From Pyrinomonadaceae bacterium (GTDB lineage: Bacteria > Acidobacteriota > Blastocatellia > Pyrinomonadales > Pyrinomonadaceae): 64,000 nucleotides of DNA. The notes beneath the pieces are model-generated. The model was given only the letters and a program-made list of their open reading frames with translations. It was not told where the DNA came from and searched no databases. Positions 56,402 to 64,000 of this stretch are shown in pieces. Numbering within the stretch: the first letter of the stretch is position 1; each line of letters opens with the position of its first letter. Both the position numbers and the translations under genes were made by a program. Where the stretch lies: the NCBI GenBank assembly GCA_046313635.1, contig JBKBYA010000007.1, forward strand, positions 64,001 through 128,000, written 5' to 3'.

Positions 56402-59272
56402 ATGGATACAGCAAATCTTTCTTTCGCACATATCGCGGTCGCGCTGTTCGGCAGTTTTTCTTTCGCCGGCATCGGGTTCGCTATCGGTCGGCGGCTGCTC
56501 CCCCAATTCCGAATGCATCGCGAGCGGGTGACAGGGATCGCACCGACAACACGGAATTCTTCTTCGACTGAAATTCCCGGCGAAAAGGGACGGCTGCTGC
56601 CGACGGAGATCCTTGGTCTGGAGGGAAACATACTCCGCTACCGCGATGGGAGCTTCGGCAAGGCGTACAGCTTCGAGCCGGCGAACACCTTGTACGATGA
56701 CGGCCGCCTGACCGAACAGCGGATCGACGATCTCAAGACGATCCTGAAGTTCGATAAGCCGCCGGGCACGGTCATCCAGTTCCGTTTCGCGAGTGCGATG
56801 GACGACGGCCGAGTGCTCAAGGATCATCTTCGCTCCCGCGACGAGCAGAAAAGCGATCCGATCGCATCCGTCCTCCAAGCTACGAATCTTTCGCTTCTCG
56901 AAGAAGCTATCCGTTCGGGGCAGGTGATGCGTCAGTCGGCGACCGTTTGGGTACGCGTTCCGGTGAGGGACAAGGCGGACAACAGTCTCTTCGGCTCCGC
57001 ATTCCCGTCAGTCATTCGCACCGTGCGCGCGAACGGTTTTCTCCGCTTCCTGCGGCAGCCGATCCTAAAGGCAAGGAACGCGGTTGGCGAAAACATGCTC
57101 ACGCGGGAACTCAGGGTCGAATCGGAATGCCGTTCCAAAGCGGCCCGCGTTTTTCAGGGGTTCGAGGCGAACTTCCCGAAATCGCTGAACCTTCGTGAGA
57201 TGGACCCGGAAGATTTGTTCGCGTCTGTTTTCACGAGCCACCGACGCGATCACGCACACGTTCCGATCCTTCCCGAGGACGCGCGCGTCGATGTCAGGAG
57301 ATATCTCGCCAGCGCTCCGATCACTGCCGGTGGCGACCAGTTCGTCCGCCACAACGGCACCCCCGCAAGCCTCGTCAGCCTCAAGAGTCTGCCGAACGGG
57401 TTCGTCACGGCCGACGTGATGCGTTACCTAACGGCGACACGCAACTTGTGCTTCCCGCATGAGATTGTCGTCGATCTGATGACGACTGAGAAGCAAGCGG
57501 CAAAGAAGGATCTTCAAAAGCGAATCGACCGAATCGAAGGCAGCCGGAACACCTGGCTTGGCTTCCGGAACCTGAAGAAGGACGCCGTGGTGATAAAGAG
57601 CGACCTTGAAGACCTGCTCGAACAGGTAGAAGCCGACAACGAAGAAATCTGCCGCCTGCGGATGAACGTCATCGTCTTCGCCGACCGATCTAAGGGGCCA
57701 AAGGAAGCCCGCATTCAACTGGAAATCCTCGACGAACGGTGCGATGCGGTTATCTCTGCGATCCGGAAGAAGATCGGAGCTGATGCCGTCAGAGAGGATG
57801 CCGTTCGCCAGCGTGCCATCTATCCGCGAATGCTCGCCGGGGAAGTGTCGGCTAAGCGAACCGGTCAGGAGCTTACCGAAACTGCGGATTCCGTAATCGC
57901 GTTCGTCCCGACCGAAACGAGTTGGCGCGGGAGCGCGCGACCGCATAGCATCTTCACCACTCCCAATGGTCAGATGTTCGGGCTCGACCTGTACGACCGG
58001 GCATTGATCAAGTCCCCGACGGTCATCGTCACCGCAGCATCGGGGGAAGGAAAATCCTTCCTCGCGTCGATGCTGATAACCGACATTCGCGCGCACCGCG
58101 GGAACGTGAAGGTGCGGGTGATGGACTACCGGCATTCGTTCAAACCTATTTGCCGTTTGTTCGGCGGCCGGCATATCGAGTTCACGGAAGAAAATCCAAA
58201 GCCCATCAACATCTGGAACTACCCCGGGATCGAGAACGGCGTGCCACCGACCAAAAGACAGCTCGCGATGATGCTGACCGACATCCTGATCCTTAGCAAG
58301 ACGCCGAAAACCGACGCGATCACGAGCGCAATCGCATCCACCGTCATCGACGAGGTCTACAAAATGGCTTTAGCCAGGAACGGTCACGGCCGCCCGAAGT
58401 TCCAGCCCGTGCTCGGGCACTTCCTCGACATTCTGAAAAGCTACCACTGGAACGCGGGCGAAGCGAGGCAGGCCAACGAGCTATACCTAAAGCTAAACGT
58501 TCATCGGAAAGACCCGTGGCTCAATTCTCCGACGCACCCCGAATTCGACGAGCCTTCGATGTTCGACGTTTTCGAGTTGTCCGGCATCAGCAGCCTCGAC
58601 GAGAAGATTCGCGAGAGCGTTGGGTTCCGCATCAGCGCCCAGATCATGCAGGAGATCGGGGAAGAGAACACTCACAACCAGAAGATCCCGATCCTTTTCC
58701 TGTGCGACGAGATGCGCGAGATCAACCGGCATTTCCCTGCGATCCAGGAGCTCATCGCGGAGGCGACCGTGACGGGGCGAAAGGAAGGACTCGTCACGGT
58801 CCTTTTCTCGCAAGCGTACGAGCATTTCACCGGGACACCCGAGCAGCCGAACGTCACCGGGATCGATCTCGTGAAAAACTCCGGCATGAAGATGATCGGG
58901 AAGCAGATCGGCGGGTTCGAGCGCCTCGCCGACGATTGCGAACTCGCGCCCGAGACCATCGCGGCGATTCGGGGGGTCAGAAACCAGTACGGCCGCTACA
59001 CCCAGTGGGTGTTCGTGATCGGGAGCGGCACCGACAAGATCGTCCAGATGGCGGAGATCCGTCTGTCCCCCGCGATGCTCTGGGCGAACACGAACGACAC
59101 GAACGAGGCGAACGCCCGCCGACTGGTCGAGAACGTCCGACCTGACCTTCCGCCCGAAATTGTCGTCTCATGGCTCGCGTCGAAATATCCGAGCGGCCTG
59201 ACGGCGGTCGGGCTGACCAGCATTTCGCAGCGGGACCTAAACGAGCTTGGCGGACTGGAGGTGGTGGCATGA
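56402..59272 (+). CDS. VirB4-like ATPase
   Basis: AASGEGKS, MDYRHSF, INIW, LCDEM, GRKEG...SQ. Confidence 0.9.
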   Translation: MDTANLSFAHIAVALFGSFSFAGIGFAIGRRLLPQFRMHRERVTGIAPTTRNSSSTEIPGEKGRLLPTEILGLEGNILRYRDGSFGKAYSFEPANTLYDDGRLTEQRIDDLKTILKFDKPPGTVIQFRFASAMDDGRVLKDHLRSRDEQKSDPIASVLQATNLSLLEEAIRSGQVMRQSATVWVRVPVRDKADNSLFGSAFPSVIRTVRANGFLRFLRQPILKARNAVGENMLTRELRVESECRSKAARVFQGFEANFPKSLNLREMDPEDLFASVFTSHRRDHAHVPILPEDARVDVRRYLASAPITAGGDQFVRHNGTPASLVSLKSLPNGFVTADVMRYLTATRNLCFPHEIVVDLMTTEKQAAKKDLQKRIDRIEGSRNTWLGFRNLKKDAVVIKSDLEDLLEQVEADNEEICRLRMNVIVFADRSKGPKEARIQLEILDERCDAVISAIRKKIGADAVREDAVRQRAIYPRMLAGEVSAKRTGQELTETADSVIAFVPTETSWRGSARPHSIFTTPNGQMFGLDLYDRALIKSPTVIVTAASGEGKSFLASMLITDIRAHRGNVKVRVMDYRHSFKPICRLFGGRHIEFTEENPKPINIWNYPGIENGVPPTKRQLAMMLTDILILSKTPKTDAITSAIASTVIDEVYKMALARNGHGRPKFQPVLGHFLDILKSYHWNAGEARQANELYLKLNVHRKDPWLNSPTHPEFDEPSMFDVFELSGISSLDEKIRESVGFRISAQIMQEIGEENTHNQKIPILFLCDEMREINRHFPAIQELIAEATVTGRKEGLVTVLFSQAYEHFTGTPEQPNVTGIDLVKNSGMKMIGKQIGGFERLADDCELAPETIAAIRGVRNQYGRYTQWVFVIGSGTDKIVQMAEIRLSPAMLWANTNDTNEANARRLVENVRPDLPPEIVVSWLASKYPSGLTAVGLTSISQRDLNELGGLEVVA

Positions 59273-60201
59273 TGAGAATCAACGAAACGGTTAGACAAAT
59301 CCTTCTCGGCGCTGTTCTCTCGTCGATATTCATCGGCCTTGACGCAAGGCCAGCTCAAGCGCAGTGGACCGTGTTCGACCCATCCCAATACGCGCTGCAG
59401 ATCGAGAAGAAGATCGAGGAAGCCGCCCGCTGGGTTGAGACGATCAACCACTACATCTCGATGTACGAGAACGCCGTGAAGCAATACCAGAAGATGGTGG
59501 AGAGCGTGACGAACCTTCGCGGCATCCTCGACAAGGTGGACGAGCAGATCATGCGGCACAAGCAGCTGATCACGACCTATGCGACATTGGGGCGGCTGAT
59601 CCGCGGCACGTTCGAACTGAAGAAACGGATCGAAGCCGCCATAACGAGCCAGATACAGTCCGTGGTGAGCATCGCCCGGAGGCTCAAGAACGGCATCTTC
59701 GACATGGAGGCGAACAAGCGGGACCTGGACGACTTCCTGCGCCATTCGATAGGGCGCAGTGCGGACGCACACCTGGCGAACCTCGAACGCCTCGCGAAAC
59801 TCGACTCCGAACTGGAGCGGATGCTATTCGACCGCGAAAACATGCTCCTCGATCTCGCCAAGCTTTACGAGGAGCGCGAGCGGATCGCGGAGGCGACCCG
59901 GGCGATCTCCGCGAACCCCGACGCGAACCAGGACGGCGTGCAGTCCCTTATCGACCAGATGCTTGCCGTGAACCTCCGCATCACGACCGTCGAGGGGCAG
60001 CTCCGCGAGCTCGAAGCGAAGATCCAGGCGAAGTTCATCGTCTACGGACTCAAGATCGAACAGATGACGGAGTTCGGCAAGGAGATCCGGCGCACGACGG
60101 AGATGATGACGGGCATCACGCGTGCCTCCGACGACTTCTTGCGCGAACTGGAGCGACACGAGATCTGGAACGACGACGTCTATCAAAGCCCGCTTCCTTA
60201 A
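59269..60201 (+). CDS. VirB5/TrbJ-like protein
   Basis: Signal peptide, AQWTVFDPS, coiled coil; ATGA overlap. Confidence 0.75.
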   Translation: MMRINETVRQILLGAVLSSIFIGLDARPAQAQWTVFDPSQYALQIEKKIEEAARWVETINHYISMYENAVKQYQKMVESVTNLRGILDKVDEQIMRHKQLITTYATLGRLIRGTFELKKRIEAAITSQIQSVVSIARRLKNGIFDMEANKRDLDDFLRHSIGRSADAHLANLERLAKLDSELERMLFDRENMLLDLAKLYEERERIAEATRAISANPDANQDGVQSLIDQMLAVNLRITTVEGQLRELEAKIQAKFIVYGLKIEQMTEFGKEIRRTTEMMTGITRASDDFLRELERHEIWNDDVYQSPLP

Positions 60202-60235
60202 TGCCAACTTCCCCCGGAAGTCGAACTGCAAAGCA

Positions 60236-62476
60236 ATGAAAGTTAAAAACAGATTGAGCGGCAAAACTGCCGCACTCACCGCCCTGCTCGCGTCCTGCCT
60301 CCTTGCCTGCCTTTTCACGACGACGGCGGCCGGTCAAGGGCCGCCTCGTCCCCGCCCGCCCCGGGTCGAAGGGCAAACGCCGATCGGGACGATGAACGGG
60401 CAGCCCGTGACCGCGAACGATCTGATCATGGGGATCAATCCGGACTCGCCTTTCATGCCACCCCTCGACGGAAGCCCGGCGCCCATCCTGCAGCAGTTCG
60501 AAAACCAGTACCCGGCGAACCCGACGGCAACTCCGCAGCCGGTTCCGGTAATTCCCCCGAAGCCCGCCGCACCGAGTTTCGGCGAGCAGATCACGAATCT
60601 CATGCGGACGGGGCAGGAATGGCTGTTCCGGTCGGTGCTCGACACGATCATCCGGCCGCTGATGCCGATCCTGACGTTCTTAGCATGGATCATCGCGAGC
60701 TTCGTGCTGATCGTCGCGTTCATCCGCCGCTTCCACGACAACCGGGGCCTCGGCCCGGAGCAGTTGGTCGCGTGGGGCGTGAGGACGATCATATTCATGG
60801 TGGTGATCGGGGCGAGCCCGTTCATCATCGACGCGTTAACGGTTACGGGGAAGTTCTTCGCCCGCCCAATACGTGGTTACAACAGTTCGCTCATCGCCGA
60901 GTTCGACGTGAAGATGAAACAGTATGTGAAGAACAACTTCGCCGTCGAGGACCCGAACGAACTCCTCGCCGAACGGCTTCCGAACGGCCAACCCGGACTC
61001 GTCGGGATCATCACGGATAAAAGCTCATCCGTAAAAGACGTCACGAGCGAGATGAACATCCTGGGCTGGGACATGCCCCGAATGTTCACGCTCATGGTGA
61101 TCGGGCAGAACATCATAAAGTTCGGCTCCGTTTTTCTGGCCGTCGCCGGCTTGTTCATCCTCATTGGACTTAAACTTGCCGCTCCCGTGCTTTCCGCATT
61201 CGGGTTCGACGAGAAGTTCGCGAACCAGATCTTCTACCCGTTCTGCTGGGGCGTGGCGACGTTCGCGCTCGCGTTCCCGATCGTCAAAGCGGTGACGCTT
61301 TACGTTTGCTACAGCATCGGTCTACTCGCGCTCTCCATCTACAACGGCGAAGCGTTATTTTCTCTCGACCCCGCGACCGCGACGATAATCACCAACGGCA
61401 ACTACGACCCGGCGTCGAGTGCCCTGATCGTCACGATTTTGTTCTTCGTTTCGAGCCTGTGCTTCATCCTCGTCCCGTGGCTGAGCTATCGCGTCCTGCG
61501 CGGGCAGGTGTACGAGGGGGTGTCGCAGGTCTCGATGGGGTGGATGCTATCCTCCATCGGCACGGCACTCGAAACGTACGGGCTCGTCGCGGGGGCCGCC
61601 CTGCACCGCCAGGCGGAGAATACGCAGATTCAGGGGATCTACAGTGCCGAGCAGGTCGCCGCCAAGAAAGCTCTTGAGGCCGCGAACCAATCGACCGATG
61701 CGAGATTGGTGTCCTCCGTCGCGGGCGTTGAAGGCGGTCTCGTCACGAGCCTCGGGCAGATCCGCGCGAATCAGGTGACGCAGACCCTTCTAGCGGAGGC
61801 GAACAAAACGTTCGGCATCGCCAGCAGTTCCGCGGCGACGCAACGCGAGATCACGGGGATGAGGGCTGAGGCGGAAGGCAACCGGGAGGCCCGGACGTTC
61901 GACGGCAAAAAAGAGATCGAGCTGCGCGGGCAAGCCAACCTTGAACGTTTCGGGATGAAGACCTACGAGTTCACGCCGGGCGGTTCGTCGATCGCCGGCA
62001 CTTCCGTCCCGATCCGTACCGGGCAGGAACTTTTCGATTGGGCGCGCGACAAGCATCCGATCCAGGAGTTTAACAAGCGGATGGATTCGACTACGAGCAG
62101 TACCGTCGCGCTGCAGAACAACAACACGGACATCGTGACCGACAAGAAGGTCGAGGCTTCGAACACGTACCAGGGCGACATCAATAAAGCCTACGAAGCG
62201 CAGGCGTCCGAAAGCATCGGCGCCATCAGCCGGGGGAGCGGCATCGCCGAGCAAAGCAGCAGGCAAGGGGCCGGAATACAGCTTTCCGGGATCAGACGGT
62301 CAGCGGAGATGGAGCGGGGGGCCAACCTGCTCAACTTCGAGGGACGCACGGAAGCCGCCTCGATCAACCAAACCGCCGCGACCGAAGCCGCTCGCTTGAG
62401 GATGGTCTCGACGGTCCTGACGGGATTCTTCAGAGATATGGATCGCAGGTTAGAGGAGATGAAACCAAAGTACTAA
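60236..62476 (+). CDS. VirB6/TrbL-like polytopic membrane protein
   Basis: Multiple TMs followed by long Ala/Gly/Gln-rich tail; follows VirB5-like gene. Confidence 0.7.
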   Translation: MKVKNRLSGKTAALTALLASCLLACLFTTTAAGQGPPRPRPPRVEGQTPIGTMNGQPVTANDLIMGINPDSPFMPPLDGSPAPILQQFENQYPANPTATPQPVPVIPPKPAAPSFGEQITNLMRTGQEWLFRSVLDTIIRPLMPILTFLAWIIASFVLIVAFIRRFHDNRGLGPEQLVAWGVRTIIFMVVIGASPFIIDALTVTGKFFARPIRGYNSSLIAEFDVKMKQYVKNNFAVEDPNELLAERLPNGQPGLVGIITDKSSSVKDVTSEMNILGWDMPRMFTLMVIGQNIIKFGSVFLAVAGLFILIGLKLAAPVLSAFGFDEKFANQIFYPFCWGVATFALAFPIVKAVTLYVCYSIGLLALSIYNGEALFSLDPATATIITNGNYDPASSALIVTILFFVSSLCFILVPWLSYRVLRGQVYEGVSQVSMGWMLSSIGTALETYGLVAGAALHRQAENTQIQGIYSAEQVAAKKALEAANQSTDARLVSSVAGVEGGLVTSLGQIRANQVTQTLLAEANKTFGIASSSAATQREITGMRAEAEGNREARTFDGKKEIELRGQANLERFGMKTYEFTPGGSSIAGTSVPIRTGQELFDWARDKHPIQEFNKRMDSTTSSTVALQNNNTDIVTDKKVEASNTYQGDINKAYEAQASESIGAISRGSGIAEQSSRQGAGIQLSGIRRSAEMERGANLLNFEGRTEAASINQTAATEAARLRMVSTVLTGFFRDMDRRLEEMKPKY

Positions 62477-62615
62477 CTGATCATCGTCTTTCTTTCGAAC
62501 CTGCGGATCGAGGGAGGTCGTATGCATGACGCAGAATATTGCGGTTCGACAATACAGGCATAGTGGGTCAGTTTGAAATTGCTCCCGTCCGAAATGTTAA
62601 CCTAGCAGTGGCCGC

Positions 62616-63020
62616 ATGAAACATACAATTTTCGTATTACTTGTTGCGCTTCTTTTCTCTGCGTGTTCGCGGAAGCAAATAGAAATGAATCCGACTCGTG
62701 ACCATCTGCATTTTGAGTTTCTAACTCGCGAAGGGTGTAAGAATACTCCCGTGATGCTGGAGAACTTGAAGGCCGCGATCGCGGAAGGTCAGGTTTCCGC
62801 CGACTACACTGTTATTCAGCAAGCCGCGCTTCCGCCAGACGATCCGCGAACAGGCTATCCAACTCCGACAATTCTGCTGAATGGGAAAGACATATTCGGT
62901 TTGGCCGTACCTAAACCGCCTTTCCCGGAACCGTCCTGACGGCTCTATCCGGGCGGAGTTCCGTCCTCTCAACGTATCGCGGAACACATTTCGAAGACAG
63001 GAAATCGGACCGAAGAGTGA
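62616..63020 (+). CDS. Thioredoxin-fold lipoprotein, probable selenoprotein (UGA at 62937-62939)
   Basis: Lipobox FSAC; EGCKN, YPTPTILLNG, then PS-UGA-RLYP; SECIS-like hairpin 11 nt after UGA. Confidence 0.65.
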
Positions 63021-63069
63021 CCGGTTTCTCGTTTCATATTCCCTACTTGTAAGGGCCTTTTTCCTTCGC

Positions 63070-63570
63070 CGCCGCTTTCTATAGCTAAGCAACTATATCC
63101 ACCATCTCCCACAGCTTCGATGATGCCCGCCGCCGCCCTTGCCCGAATACATCGTAGGTTCTTATGAATCCGACAGGAATTGTAATACATGTAGTGCAAA
63201 GCAATCGCGTGAGCGTGGCTTTCAAGCTTATTTGAGAAGCCTATCGTCAAACGAGTGGATCGACGCATGCTCATACGCATAGTCGGATTTTGCCTTTCGA
63301 TGTAGCTAGTGAGATTGCTTCGGTTTCGGGTTGTCAGCTATCAAATGCGTCTCACAACCGATGCGCTCAGCCGGAATTTAACGCGTCTCTTCTTTCTTGC
63401 TCGTCTTGCCATAGACCCTAACCAACATCACGTAGCGGATCTCCGAACCGAAAGCGGATTCAACTACCGTCAAATACGGCTTGTGTCCGCCTGTTGTAAG
63501 ATGTACGCGATTAACACGACGAGAGACTAGATCGGTGGGCAAAAACTTGACAGTAGAGCCAAGCAAAGAC
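63070..63570 (-). pseudogene. Degenerate IS1-family transposase fragment
   Basis: HLTTGGHKPYL...LVRVYG and MRMSMRRSTRLT...YYNSCRIHK in different frames. Confidence 0.75.
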
Positions 63571-63612
63571 TACGTTTAAAGGTTGGAACCTAGAATGGTT
63601 CCAGCCGAATTG

Positions 63613-64000
63613 ATGCAGGGCATACTGAAACTGATTCGCAGGAAGATCGTCAGGAAACGCGTCGCCGTTCTCTGGCTCGGTCTCGTCGCGATCGAGCTTT
63701 TCTGCCCGGCATTGTGCGAGGTCGGCACGAACGCCGCACCGCCTGCGAACCAGTCGACTGCTTCCGTCACGATTACTGTTGACGAGCGCGACGAATCGAG
63801 AACGTCCATTTCGAATTGCGAGAACGAGAGCGACCACGAAGCTCCGGGCACGTGCAACGACGAGTGCCTCTGCCATGCCGTGGCAATCCCCAGCGTCGCC
63901 AGCGACGTCACATCGTCCTCGATCGAAAGAACCACCATTCCGTTGAAGAACGGTTTCTCGATTTTCAACTCACTTCCCCCTCCATACCTGCCTCCTAAAT
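63613..64000 (+). CDS. DUF2946-like Cys/His protein, runs off window
   Basis: Manual translation: MQGILK...FCPALC...CNDECLCH...PPPYLPPK. Confidence 0.55.
   Translation, partial: MQGILKLIRRKIVRKRVAVLWLGLVAIELFCPALCEVGTNAAPPANQSTASVTITVDERDESRTSISNCENESDHEAPGTCNDECLCHAVAIPSVASDVTSSSIERTTIPLKNGFSIFNSLPPPYLPPK

Larger units (their letters stand above)
17398..64000. mobile_element. Integrative conjugative element inserted in tRNA-Leu(CAG); other end beyond window
   Basis: att fragment, integrase, relaxase, coupling protein, VirB4 T4SS; visibly lower GC than the left flank. Confidence 0.88.

Noticed and set aside
63511..63968. Minus-strand ORFs at the window end
   Set aside because: The plus-strand open frame from 63613, with TM, Cys/His cluster and PPK end, is more protein-like

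Overview
Two-part window. 1-~17.4 kb is GC-rich host chromosome, Acidobacteria/Blastocatellia-like by gene repertoire (inference): GNAT (partial), queA, AraC, TPR protein, tRNA-Leu(CAA), FG-GAP protein, SurA-like protein, histidine kinase plus sigma54 response regulator, hybrid kinase, rsmG. From a displaced 3' tRNA-Leu(CAG) fragment at 17398-17452 to the window end lies an integrative conjugative element (ICE); its right end is outside the window. The ICE carries a tyrosine integrase, an RloC-like zinc-hook ABC ATPase, and an RtcR-type CARF/sigma54 activator facing, across a sigma54 promoter, a ubiquitin-like operon (Ubl-E2, JAB-E1, DUF6527) instead of rtcBA. It also carries an ECF sigma/anti-sigma/S9 peptidase/Cys-peptide/secreted CHAT protease cassette, a Fic gene with a palindrome array, a hairpin-rich leading region (two SSBs, RNase H), oriT and MOBP relaxase, and a T4SS with a MoxR-type AAA+ where VirB11 would be expected. 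At the right end are a probable selenoprotein, an IS1 remnant and a partial DUF2946-like gene. Six sigma54 -24/-12 motifs sit upstream of the mobilisation and transfer units. Best candidate new system: tRNA-damage sensing (RtcR) wired to ubiquitin-like conjugation, and possibly to ICE transfer. All family calls come from motif recognition by eye; no searches were run.
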